A stretch of 64,000 nucleotides of DNA from Flavobacteriales bacterium. Its GTDB lineage: Bacteria > Bacteroidota > Bacteroidia > M30B66. Of this stretch, positions 52,230-61,286 are shown one piece after another. The position numbers and the translations under genes were made by a program. The stretch lies in NCBI GenBank assembly GCA_040403315.1, contig JBBAKX010000006.1, forward strand, positions 12,473 through 76,472. The letters are read 5' to 3'. The notes beneath the pieces are model-generated. The model was given only the letters and a program-made list of their open reading frames with translations, ran no database searches and was not told the DNA's origin. Every line of letters starts with the position of its first letter. The first letter of the stretch is position 1.

Positions 52230-53015
52230 ATGGAATTCAGTCATGGCATCTGTAATTTGAGCGTAGTGCCTTGTCGTTCCGAACCGAGCGATAAAAGTGA
52301 AATGATTACGCAATTGCTCTTCGGTGAGTTCTTTAGTATTCTAAAGGAACATGGCAATTGGGTGTATATCCGCTCTGGCGTTGATAATTATGAAGGTTGG
52401 ATCGATGAGAAACAGTTTCATCCTATTTCATCTGAAACCTACGATGAACTTGAACAATCGTATTTTGTGTGTATCACTGATTCGATTTCAGTAATTGAAA
52501 ACGTAGAGAAAGGAAGTTTTTTTCCCATAGTAATGGGCTCTATTCTTCCTTACTACGACGGATTAAACTGTAATCTAGAAGGTTACGAATATGCATTTGA
52601 AGGCAGAACTTCTAGTTCTTCTCCAGAATCATTGGCTGAATGTATGGTTGAACATGCTTATGCATATTTGAATGCGCCCTATTTATGGGGAGGAAAATCT
52701 CCGCTAGGCATCGACTGTTCTGGTTTTACTCAAATGGTTGCACGAACTGCAGGTATAAAATTGATGCGCGATGCTTACCAGCAAGCTGAACAAGGAATTA
52801 CACTAGGGTTTATCGAAGAAGCATCTGCTGGCGATCTTGTTTTTTTCGATAATGAAGAAGAACGAATCATTCATGTTGGCGTACTTTTAAGTTCAGATGA
52901 AGTAATTCATGCTAGCGGAAAAGTACGTATCGATAAAATCGACCATCATGGTATCTTCAACCAGGAAACTGGAAAGTATACTCACAACCTGAGATTGATC
53001 AAGCGGATAATTTAG
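52230..53015 (+). CDS. NlpC/P60 (C40) family peptidase with N-terminal SH3-like domains
   Basis: The catalytic Cys region is LWGGKSPLGIDCSGFTQMV, with His and a polar third residue downstream. The product is 261 aa. Confidence 0.8.
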   Translation: MEFSHGICNLSVVPCRSEPSDKSEMITQLLFGEFFSILKEHGNWVYIRSGVDNYEGWIDEKQFHPISSETYDELEQSYFVCITDSISVIENVEKGSFFPIVMGSILPYYDGLNCNLEGYEYAFEGRTSSSSPESLAECMVEHAYAYLNAPYLWGGKSPLGIDCSGFTQMVARTAGIKLMRDAYQQAEQGITLGFIEEASAGDLVFFDNEEERIIHVGVLLSSDEVIHASGKVRIDKIDHHGIFNQETGKYTHNLRLIKRII

Positions 53016-53099
53016 GATTGGTTAGAAGTTATCGAAGAGTTCTCTGTACCAGAACATTCAATTCACAGTGATAAGTCAATTTGCAGAAAAAATTAGATG

Positions 53100-53687
53100 A
53101 TGAATATTCGCAGAATTGCAGTTTTTTGTGGCGCATCTTCAGGAGTTAATCCGCTATACAGTGAAGTAGCAGATTATTTAGGTCGCTTATTATCGCAACA
53201 AAACATTGAACTTGTTTATGGTGGTGGTAAAGTTGGTTTGATGGGCGTTATTGCAGATGCAGTGATGCAATCGGGCGGTAAAGTGATCGGAGTTATTCCA
53301 GATTTTTTATACGACATGGAAGTTGGCCACGACGGAATCACAGAGTTGATCAAAGTGAAGTCGATGCATGAGCGGAAATGGAAAATGCACGAACTGTCGG
53401 ATGCTGTAATTACACTTCCTGGAGGTTTTGGAACCATGGAAGAAGTTTTCGAAATGCTCACTTGGGCCCAATTGAACCTGCATTCTAAGCCGATTGGAAT
53501 CTTGAATACCAATAAATTCTATGAAGGTTTGCTCACACAAGCAGATCATATGATGGCAGAAGGATTCTTAAAATTAGCTTACCGAAAAATGTTGATTGAT
53601 TCAACTTCAGCTGATGAACTTTTGAAGTTATTGTTAGAAAGCAAAATACCAGCAGCATTAGGAAGTTTAACCGAAAGTCAAACCTAG
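53100..53687 (+). CDS. LOG-family (TIGR00730) Rossmann-fold nucleotide-binding protein / cytokinin riboside 5'-monophosphate phosphoribohydrolase-like
   Basis: The segments IAVFCGASSGVNP, GGGKVGLMG and PGGFGTMEE are hallmarks of LOG/YvdD. Confidence 0.8.
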   Translation: MNIRRIAVFCGASSGVNPLYSEVADYLGRLLSQQNIELVYGGGKVGLMGVIADAVMQSGGKVIGVIPDFLYDMEVGHDGITELIKVKSMHERKWKMHELSDAVITLPGGFGTMEEVFEMLTWAQLNLHSKPIGILNTNKFYEGLLTQADHMMAEGFLKLAYRKMLIDSTSADELLKLLLESKIPAALGSLTESQT

Positions 53688-53735
53688 TGTCGATGTTGTT
53701 TTTTGAGTTCCTTTGTAAATTGATACTTTATAATT

Positions 53736-54227
53736 ATGAACGACGCTCATCTTCATTTGCTATTTAACCATTTCCCAATTGTTGGGTCATTTATTAGTTT
53801 GGCCGTTTTAGGAATCGGCTTTATCATTAACAATATAACTGTAAAAAAGATAGGCTACGGGATTTTAATTTTCTGCGCCATTATGACATTACCAGCATTT
53901 TTCACAGGCGAAGGTGCTGAAGAAATTGTTGAAGAGTTTCCTGTTGTGAGCCACGATGTTATTCATGAACACGAGGAAATGGCAGAACTTTCCTTATGGA
54001 TAGGGATTTTTTCAGGGATTGTAGCTGCATTCGCACTTTACTTTGAAGTAGTGGGACACAAATTGGCTCGCGTATTCTCATTGCTCGCGTTGCTTTGCAA
54101 CCTTTCTTGCTTCATTGTTATGGCAAGAGTTGGCAACACAGGAGGTGAAATTCGACATCCAGAAATTACTGGAAAAACAGCCATTTCAAGTGATAAGCCT
54201 GGAGAAACTGAAATCGAAGGAGACTAA
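53736..54227 (+). CDS. small integral membrane protein (hypothetical, His-rich N-terminal helix HLLFNHFPIV)
   Basis: 163 aa with four predicted TM helices. Confidence 0.4.
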   Translation: MNDAHLHLLFNHFPIVGSFISLAVLGIGFIINNITVKKIGYGILIFCAIMTLPAFFTGEGAEEIVEEFPVVSHDVIHEHEEMAELSLWIGIFSGIVAAFALYFEVVGHKLARVFSLLALLCNLSCFIVMARVGNTGGEIRHPEITGKTAISSDKPGETEIEGD

Positions 54228-54251
54228 ATCAATCGTTATTGCTGATTGATT
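54225..54251. terminator. weak AT-rich hairpin spanning the convergent stop codons (AAATCAATC/GATTGATTT)
   Basis: The 9-bp stem (54225-54233 / 54243-54251) overlaps both stop codons. It is AT-rich, so its stability is low. Confidence 0.25.
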
Positions 54252-55135
54252 TTCTGGTACTTCGAATTGTTTGTTGGATCGAGTTCTCCCAAAATCTGTA
54301 ATACTTGTGCTTTTTCTTGAGAACTTCCTTGCTTGAAGATGTTGATCAATTCATCAGCCTTCGCGTTAAAAAACAACTGCTGATTGTATGAAGATGGCCG
54401 TTGTTTATTGACTTCTTGAAGCTTTGTGAGTGATTCCAAAATGGAAGCTCTGCCGATATCCATTTTGTTGTACATATTGTCAATCCCCAATCGATGGTAT
54501 TTATAATTGGCTTCGCGCATAGGTTTGAAGATCGGATTCATGTAGTTTTCTACGAACCAAAATCTGTTTCTTGGTGGTATATCGTTCGACTTCCAACCTT
54601 TCGCTGGATCCTGTTGAGCATTTTGAACCACTTGTTGTGCTTTTTGCCAGTATGGTGTTCCACCTTCGAGCGCAAATGAATCATAATCCATCGCCAAAAT
54701 AACGTAAGCATAATAACCTAAAAGGCTTGATAAACCGGAGATAAAGGCATTATCGGCAAATTCGATTGGTTGGTATTCGAGATAACGGAACGAAACATTG
54801 TCGTCTTGAAAATTCAAAAGTACTGAACCGTAATTTGTGTTGAATGCTGTTCGGCGAACTTGGATTTGAAGAGAACCCGACATTTCATCAGGTTGGTTAA
54901 ACTTAGTAATATTGAAAGTAAGGATACATTCTATTCTTTCGTCACGTTTGAATTGATCGTTGGTCCATTTCGTGTTGTTCATGAACTCACGAATGGCGGT
55001 TTCTAATGTAGTAAAGATTCGTTTGTCGCTCAATTGCACCGACTGCGACAAGATGGAAACGCGACAATTTAATTCCTGTGCGTAGAAGAACGAAGGAAAA
55101 ATCAGTAGACAAATGAGGATTAAAGTCTTACGCAT
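54236..55135 (-). CDS. DUF4835-like secreted protein
   Basis: A signal peptide (MRKTLILICLLIFPSFFYAQ) is present. The gene sits immediately downstream of coaBC with an 8-nt overlap, the arrangement I recall for DUF4835 genes in Flavobacteriia/Sphingobacteriia. The family assignment is from memory. Confidence 0.45.
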   Translation of the reverse strand: MRKTLILICLLIFPSFFYAQELNCRVSILSQSVQLSDKRIFTTLETAIREFMNNTKWTNDQFKRDERIECILTFNITKFNQPDEMSGSLQIQVRRTAFNTNYGSVLLNFQDDNVSFRYLEYQPIEFADNAFISGLSSLLGYYAYVILAMDYDSFALEGGTPYWQKAQQVVQNAQQDPAKGWKSNDIPPRNRFWFVENYMNPIFKPMREANYKYHRLGIDNMYNKMDIGRASILESLTKLQEVNKQRPSSYNQQLFFNAKADELINIFKQGSSQEKAQVLQILGELDPTNNSKYQKINQQ

Positions 55136-56333
55136 GGTTGAATATTTGATCCAAGTATGTTGCAATTTCTTTCGCAGCTTCTGCTTTTGTTTGTTTTCCA
55201 AAAGATTCCCAACCACTGTTATTGCTATAAATTTCGATAGAATTAAAATCATTGCCAAATACCTGATTTTGTTCTGACAATTCGTTGAGAACGATAAAAT
55301 CTAGGTTTTTATTTTTCACTTTCAATTCGGCATTTTCTTTACCATTATTGGTTTCGAGTGCAAAACCAGCAACTATTTGGTTTGGTCTTTTGCTTAAACC
55401 CAAAGTTTGAAGAATATCTGCAGTTGTTTCTAATTCCAAATTTAAGGCAACATTGACCTTCTTAATTTTTGAAGCAGATGGTGATTTGGGTTTATAATCC
55501 GCAACAGCTGCAGTCAAAATTGCAGCATCAGAATCCTCAAAAGCCTTTTTAGCAGCATCGAGCATTTCGTGTGCAGTTTGTACGTTGATAATTTGAATGT
55601 TCGGATGTTTGGCTGTTAATGATACTGGTCCGCTAATTAACACTACATGTGCACCACGATTTGCCAACTCCTCAGCCAAGGCATAGCCCATTTTTCCGGA
55701 TGAATGGTTACTGATGTAGCGCACAGGATCTATCATTTCGCGAGTTGGCCCAGCGGTGATGACAATCTTTTTATTGACCATCTGGCGAGGAAGGTTAAAA
55801 AACGCTTCGAGTTGGTGAACGATTTCTTCTGGTTCGGCCATTCTTCCTTCACCTACTAAACCACTCGCAAGTTCACCTGAGGCAGGCTCTATAATAAAGT
55901 TGCCATAACTACGGAGTGCTGCGATATTCTTTTGCGTAGAAGGATGCTTCCACATATCGAGGTCCATCGCTGGCGAAAAGAAAACTGGACATTTAGCAGA
56001 AAGATACACTGCAGACATGAGACTACTGCAGCTACCATTGGCACAATTCGAAATCATATTGGCACTTGCCGGCGCCAAGATCATCAGATCAGCCCATAAA
56101 CCTAGCTCAACATGATTTACCCATTCACCTTCTGGTCCGACAGTAAACGACGAATGAACAGGGTTTTTCGAAAGAGTGCTTAGCGTGAGCGGAGTAATAA
56201 AATCTTTGGCGGCATCAGACATAACAATGCGCACCTCTGCACCAGCCTTCACGAGAAGACGGGTCAGAAATGCGCTTTTATAAGCTGCTATGCTTCCGGT
56301 AACGGCCAGAATAATTTTCTTCCGGAAGAGCAT
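55128..56333 (-). CDS. coaBC: bifunctional phosphopantothenoylcysteine decarboxylase / phosphopantothenate--cysteine ligase
   Basis: 401 aa. It has the N-terminal flavoprotein domain (ILAVTGSIAAYKS) and a C-terminal CoaB domain. Confidence 0.9.
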   Translation of the reverse strand: MLFRKKIILAVTGSIAAYKSAFLTRLLVKAGAEVRIVMSDAAKDFITPLTLSTLSKNPVHSSFTVGPEGEWVNHVELGLWADLMILAPASANMISNCANGSCSSLMSAVYLSAKCPVFFSPAMDLDMWKHPSTQKNIAALRSYGNFIIEPASGELASGLVGEGRMAEPEEIVHQLEAFFNLPRQMVNKKIVITAGPTREMIDPVRYISNHSSGKMGYALAEELANRGAHVVLISGPVSLTAKHPNIQIINVQTAHEMLDAAKKAFEDSDAAILTAAVADYKPKSPSASKIKKVNVALNLELETTADILQTLGLSKRPNQIVAGFALETNNGKENAELKVKNKNLDFIVLNELSEQNQVFGNDFNSIEIYSNNSGWESFGKQTKAEAAKEIATYLDQIFNHA

Positions 56334-56344
56334 ATTGGAGAAAA

Positions 56345-56665
56345 TTACTTTTCTGTAGTAGTTTCCCTCGCTGGATTGCGGAAGTAAACCTTACCATCTT
56401 GAAATTCGCTGATGGCTACTAAAGTTGGTTTAGGAAGTCTTTCGTAATGACGTGAGATTTCAATTTGCTCGCGATTTTCGAAGATTTCTTCAAGATTATC
56501 GCTAGATGTAGCGAATTCTGAAAGCTTAGCGTTTAGCTCTTCTTTCACATTCACTCCAATTTGATTCGCACGTTTTGCAACGATAGAAATTGATTCGTAA
56601 ATGTTCCCAGTGATGTTCTCCATATGACGGAGGTCGCGGGTTACTGTAGTGTTTTCTACTGCCAT
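56345..56665 (-). CDS. rpoZ: DNA-directed RNA polymerase subunit omega
   Basis: The 106-aa product carries NIYESISIVAKRANQIG (omega AKRA.Q motif). The bamD-rpoZ-coaBC order is conserved in Bacteroidota. Confidence 0.6.
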   Translation of the reverse strand: MAVENTTVTRDLRHMENITGNIYESISIVAKRANQIGVNVKEELNAKLSEFATSSDNLEEIFENREQIEISRHYERLPKPTLVAISEFQDGKVYFRNPARETTTEK

Positions 56666-56686
56666 GGTTTGTATTGCAGAATGAAC

Positions 56687-57526
56687 TTATTTGCTGTACT
56701 CGGTATACCTGATCATCGCCTTGTCGTATACTTCCTTGGCTTGATCTGCATACTTTCCAGCGGCAAATTTATTAATAAATGCGTTATAATCATCTAATGT
56801 TGATTTATAACGTTCCATTTTTTTGTTTTCCACGCTGTTTTCCGCAAGCAAGTAGTTTGACTTAACCACGGTAAACATCGCTTCTTCTTTGTATTGAGAA
56901 TTTGGATAATCTGCGAGCATGTTTTTTAACGACATCGAAGCAGCCTTGTAATCCATCATCTTGAAGTAAAGCATTGATGATTCAAATGCCTTCTTTTCTA
57001 GTTTTATACGCAGTTTATCAATCAATTCATTGCACTCTTGAATTCTCGTGCTGTTGGGAAATTGATTGATGAACAATTGCATCTCCTGAATGGCTTTGAT
57101 ACTGTTGGTTTGATCAAGTGTAAAGTCGGGAGAACCCAGATAATAACAGTATGCATTCATGTATGCAGCTTCTTCAGCCTTTGGACTACTAGGATAAGTT
57201 TTCGCAAACTGTTGAAAGTGATATCCAGCCGAAATTAGATCGTCGAGATAATAGTTGCAGTAGCAATAATAAAAGTACATGTCTTCTGCATTTGCAGTTC
57301 CACGTGTTACTGCAACAAGTTCTTCAAACAATGGATACGCGCGTTGGTAATCCTTTTTGTTGTAAAGCTCGATAGCAGTTTGCTTCTTGAGGGAGTAATC
57401 GGTGCTCTTGAGTACTTTATTGTAATTGCTGCATGAAATAAAAGTTAGCAGCAACAAAAACAGAAGCCCTGAATGAAAGTTGAATTTTAACATTGCGCAA
57501 AAATAACGATTCAATTGGTTATTCAT
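56687..57526 (-). CDS. bamD: outer membrane protein assembly factor BamD (TPR lipoprotein)
   Basis: It has a lipoprotein signal (…LLFLLLLTFISC) and TPR-like repeats, and it lies upstream of rpoZ. An alternative ATG start is at 57493. Confidence 0.6.
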   Translation of the reverse strand: MNNQLNRYFCAMLKFNFHSGLLFLLLLTFISCSNYNKVLKSTDYSLKKQTAIELYNKKDYQRAYPLFEELVAVTRGTANAEDMYFYYCYCNYYLDDLISAGYHFQQFAKTYPSSPKAEEAAYMNAYCYYLGSPDFTLDQTNSIKAIQEMQLFINQFPNSTRIQECNELIDKLRIKLEKKAFESSMLYFKMMDYKAASMSLKNMLADYPNSQYKEEAMFTVVKSNYLLAENSVENKKMERYKSTLDDYNAFINKFAAGKYADQAKEVYDKAMIRYTEYSK

Positions 57527-57615
57527 TGTTTAATATGTTCTCTGGATTAACAATTGATTGCTGAAAAAACGAAGGAATATTCAATTGACTTAGATGTAAA
57601 AAAGATGCGAATTGT

Positions 57616-57623
57616 TACCTTTG
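57616..57623 (+). promoter_or_regulatory. candidate -7 promoter element TACCTTTG upstream of the alpha-oxoamine synthase gene
   Basis: TAnnTTTG matches 31 nt upstream of the ATG at 57654. Confidence 0.25.
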
Positions 57624-57653
57624 ACCTGTTTTTTTTGCAATCTCGAGCTGTTT

Positions 57654-58895
57654 ATGGATTTATTTGAAAAGTTAAAACTGAATCGCGGGCCTCTTGGCTC
57701 TTATGCGAAAGAAGTTCATGGATATTTTACATTCCCTAAACTTGAAGGGGAAATTGGTCCTAGGATGTTTTTCCAAGGCAAAGAACGACTCAATTGGAGT
57801 CTTAACAACTATATTGGTTTAGCCAATCATCCTGAAGTGCGCAAGGCGGATGCCGATGCTGCAGCTGATTTTGGAATGGCTTACCCGATGGGAGCACGCA
57901 TGATGTCGGGCAACTCGAATTACCACGAACAACTTGAACGTGAATTGGCAGATTTCGAGAAGAAGGAAGATGCGATCTTGATGAACTTTGGCTACCAAGG
58001 GATCATGTCGGCTATTGATGCACTTGTTGATCGTCATGATGTAATTGTATATGATTCCGAATCGCATGCTTGCATTATTGATGGTGTTCGCCTTCACATG
58101 GGCAAGCGCTTCGTTTATCCTCACAACGACATCAAAAATCTTGAGACTCAACTTGAACGTGCTACAAAATTGGTAGCAGAAACCAACGGTGCTATTTTAG
58201 TTATTACTGAAGGGGTTTTCGGAATGTCGGGTGATCAAGGTAAACTTGCCGAAATCGTTGAGTTGAAAAAGAAATTCCACTTCCGTTTATTGGTTGATGA
58301 TGCGCACGGATTTGGAACTATGGGTAAAACTGGTGCAGGTGTTTCGGAATTACAAAACTGCATGGATGGCGTTGACGTCTATTTCGGCACTTTTGCAAAA
58401 TCGATGGCTAGTATCGGAGCATTTATCGCTTCTGATGCTCAAGTAATTGAATATTTGCGTTACAATACACGCTCTCAAATTTTCGCAAAAGCACTTCCAA
58501 TGCCTTTGGTAATTGGAGCATTGAAGCGACTTGAGTTACTCCGTACACAGCCAGAATTGAAAGACAATCTTTGGAATATCGTTCATGCATTGCAATCTAA
58601 ATTACGTGAAGCTGGCTTTAATCTTGGAAAAACAGAATCGCCAGTTACACCCGTATTCTTAAATGGTTCTATCCCCGAAGCGGCAAATCTTATTTACGAT
58701 CTTAGAGAGAACTTCAATATATTCTGCTCGATGGTTGTTTATCCAGTAGTGCCTAAGGGTGTAATTATGTTGCGCCTCATTCCAACTGCAGTGCACACTT
58801 TGGAAGATGTTGAATACACAATCAACGCTTTCAATGCAATCAGCGGAAAGCTTCGTGCAGGCGAGTATGAGCGCGCGATGGAAAAAGTACTTTAA
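57654..58895 (+). CDS. alpha-oxoamine synthase (class II aminotransferase; serine palmitoyltransferase-like / Kbl-like)
   Basis: It has a PLP-lysine region (GTFAKSMASIG) and DDAHGFG. Overall it resembles Bacteroidota SPT (compare my recollection of Bacteroides SPT: …VDEAHGLGVFG…GTFSKSLASIGGF…). Confidence 0.8.
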   Translation: MDLFEKLKLNRGPLGSYAKEVHGYFTFPKLEGEIGPRMFFQGKERLNWSLNNYIGLANHPEVRKADADAAADFGMAYPMGARMMSGNSNYHEQLERELADFEKKEDAILMNFGYQGIMSAIDALVDRHDVIVYDSESHACIIDGVRLHMGKRFVYPHNDIKNLETQLERATKLVAETNGAILVITEGVFGMSGDQGKLAEIVELKKKFHFRLLVDDAHGFGTMGKTGAGVSELQNCMDGVDVYFGTFAKSMASIGAFIASDAQVIEYLRYNTRSQIFAKALPMPLVIGALKRLELLRTQPELKDNLWNIVHALQSKLREAGFNLGKTESPVTPVFLNGSIPEAANLIYDLRENFNIFCSMVVYPVVPKGVIMLRLIPTAVHTLEDVEYTINAFNAISGKLRAGEYERAMEKVL

Positions 58896-58908
58896 AATTC
58901 ACGAAATG

Positions 58909-58940
58909 ATACTTCGTACAGGCAGTCCTTCATCGGCTGC
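58909..58940 (+). terminator. rho-independent terminator after the alpha-oxoamine synthase gene
   Basis: The stem AGGCAG(58910-58915)/CTGCCT(58927-58932) is followed by TTTTTT (58933-58938). Confidence 0.5.
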
Positions 58941-59003
58941 CTTTTTTATTAGCAGCAATATTAATTAGGTTCGCGCTTCTGAGCGGATAGGTTAACCAAT
59001 TCT

Positions 59004-60377
59004 ATGAATTTCATTCAAATTGTCTTATTCATTTTTTGGTTGGTTGTTGCCTTTTTTGCAATCCATAAGCTTTCTGTATTCAAAAATTCAGGATTAAAAC
59101 GATCGTTTCTTTTCTCCATTTTTATCTTAAAATTGCTTGCAGGTACTGTCTTAATCCTCATCTATACCTTTTATTATCCCGACCGCCAAACGGCCGATAT
59201 CTATAAATATTACGACGATGCTGTGGTTATACATTCGGCCGTTTATCAAGATCCGAGTGCATTCTTAGAACTTGTTACAGGCATAAATAGCGAATCTGAG
59301 AATTGTAAGCCATATTTGGATCAGATGAGTAACTGGGCTCCACACAGCAAGCAATGGTTAGCCTATGCACAAACAGGAGATTATAACTTCTTCATGTCAA
59401 ATCGCCTCATCACGAGAATACATGCCGTATTGATTCCTTTCAGTCAAGGCTTTATCTACACACATGGTATTTTCTTCAACCTATTTTCGATGTTGGGCTT
59501 GGTAATGTTTTACCGCTTGTTGCAAGAAAGGCTTAAGCCAAATACCATTGCATGGATGCTTTTTTGCTTTATCCCTTCTACCCTACTTTGGTGTTCGGGC
59601 TTACTGAAAGATTGCTTAGTTTTTTCTGCAGTTTGTATTTTTCTTTACGCATTGTTTTCAAGTAAAACAGCTGTACAAGTGCCACAACGATTGATGCTTT
59701 TGCTATTCATGACTGCTGTATTGCTTTACACAAAATTTTATGTAATGGCTGCATTAGCTGCTCCAGTCATCTGGTTTCTCAGTGATAATTACATTTTCAA
59801 TAAAAACCGCAAACGTGCAGGCGTTATGTTAGTTGTTTTTGCTGTTGGACTGTTAGTTTCTCCTTTAGGAAATAAACTTTCTGGCGTTTTTAGTGGCAAG
59901 CGCGAAGAAGCCTTAAAAGCCGCAGTATTTGGCGACGCCAAGAACCAATGTTTCTATCATAATATAGAACCTACAGTTGGCGCAATGATCCAGGAAGTTC
60001 CAACATCTTTGTTCCAAGCATTTTGTTTTCCACTGCCTTGGCAATCGAATGGTTCTCCATTTATTTTGCTTGCATCACTAGAAAACCTATTGCCTATCGT
60101 ATTGCTGGTGTTGCTGTTTTTTGGCGCTAACAGAAGAAAACCATTCACCTCGCTAGAAATTGGCTTACTATTTTACGTGTTATCCTTAGCATTTATTATC
60201 GGATTTACAACGCCTGTTACCGGGGGATTGGTGCGCTACAAAACTGCATTTTTCCCATTTGCTCTGTTGTTGCTGGCAAATCGCAGTCGATTAATCGACA
60301 GGTGGCAAAAAAGCCAAATTGTTAAAACGCTTGAAAAATCTATAGCCGTTGGCCCAAAAAACAATACAGGAACTTGA
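59004..60377 (+). CDS. polytopic integral membrane protein (hypothetical; GT-C/DUF2029-like topology)
   Basis: 457 aa with at least 10 predicted TM helices and no soluble domain. Confidence 0.45.
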   Translation: MNFIQIVLFIFWLVVAFFAIHKLSVFKNSGLKRSFLFSIFILKLLAGTVLILIYTFYYPDRQTADIYKYYDDAVVIHSAVYQDPSAFLELVTGINSESENCKPYLDQMSNWAPHSKQWLAYAQTGDYNFFMSNRLITRIHAVLIPFSQGFIYTHGIFFNLFSMLGLVMFYRLLQERLKPNTIAWMLFCFIPSTLLWCSGLLKDCLVFSAVCIFLYALFSSKTAVQVPQRLMLLLFMTAVLLYTKFYVMAALAAPVIWFLSDNYIFNKNRKRAGVMLVVFAVGLLVSPLGNKLSGVFSGKREEALKAAVFGDAKNQCFYHNIEPTVGAMIQEVPTSLFQAFCFPLPWQSNGSPFILLASLENLLPIVLLVLLFFGANRRKPFTSLEIGLLFYVLSLAFIIGFTTPVTGGLVRYKTAFFPFALLLLANRSRLIDRWQKSQIVKTLEKSIAVGPKNNTGT

Positions 60378-60427
60378 TTTTCATAACCAATTGCCAAAAT
60401 TGTAGATTGTATTTCTGAATATGAAAT

Positions 60428-61201
60428 TTAAGCATTCATTTTTGCAATTGCCTCAAGGGCGTTGTGCACTTCTAGTTTTTTCAGAATGCTTTTTCGGTGA
60501 AACTTAACTGTATGAATGCTCAATCCAAAACTTTCAGAAATATCCTTTGAGGTTTTCCCTTTTGCAACTTCTTCGAAAATTTCGTTTTCGCGTGCACTTA
60601 ATGCAGAGTTAACTACATTCTGAATTTTTACTTTCTGGGTTATTGCTTTGGTATCTTTAATTTTCAGGCGGAAATTGATGCTGGGCATATAAATTTCTGT
60701 TGCTTCAAAATTGGCTTCGGGGTCTGGTAGTATGGTATGCAAAAACAAACGTTTGCCCGATGCTGGAAAAAACTCATTGATGTTATGCATCACGTTCATC
60801 TTTTTGGCGGGCATTTGTAAGCCATATCTAATAATGCATCCAAAAGGCTCATGACTCATTTGTTTATAACCATAAATAACGTCCTTCAACTTTTTCCATA
60901 ACCGCGGCAAGTTTTTGTTGTTGTTTTTAATAAAAAACTGCAGCCCTTGTTGTTGGAAGTCTTCCAATGGAGTTTCCAATCCTAAAAGCAATGCCTTATT
61001 GGCATAAAAAAAATCAGAGGTTAAGGATTCGCTTATGGCAACTCCAAACGGAAGAAAGTCAAACGTTTTCAGAAATGAATCCTCAGAAGGAAAATCTGTT
61101 TGGTTAATCCCTTTCACAACAAGCGATAAAAACGCGTCATTGTTTGCTTGAAAGTATCCTGTTTCCTCGCCAGATAGTTTTATTGGGTTCAAATCTTCCA
61201 T
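60428..61201 (-). CDS. LuxR-family transcriptional regulator (uncharacterised N-terminal domain + C-terminal HTH_LuxR)
   Basis: The C-terminal LSARENEIFEEVAKGKTSKDISESFGLSIHTVKFHRKSILKKL is a canonical LuxR/GerE HTH. Confidence 0.7.
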   Translation of the reverse strand: MEDLNPIKLSGEETGYFQANNDAFLSLVVKGINQTDFPSEDSFLKTFDFLPFGVAISESLTSDFFYANKALLLGLETPLEDFQQQGLQFFIKNNNKNLPRLWKKLKDVIYGYKQMSHEPFGCIIRYGLQMPAKKMNVMHNINEFFPASGKRLFLHTILPDPEANFEATEIYMPSINFRLKIKDTKAITQKVKIQNVVNSALSARENEIFEEVAKGKTSKDISESFGLSIHTVKFHRKSILKKLEVHNALEAIAKMNA

Positions 61202-61286
61202 TGAAAGTCAACTTTATTACTCGTTCGTAATATGACGCTAACTTTCAGAAAAAAGTATTACCCTAAAAGGTTAAAATCACCTTGTC

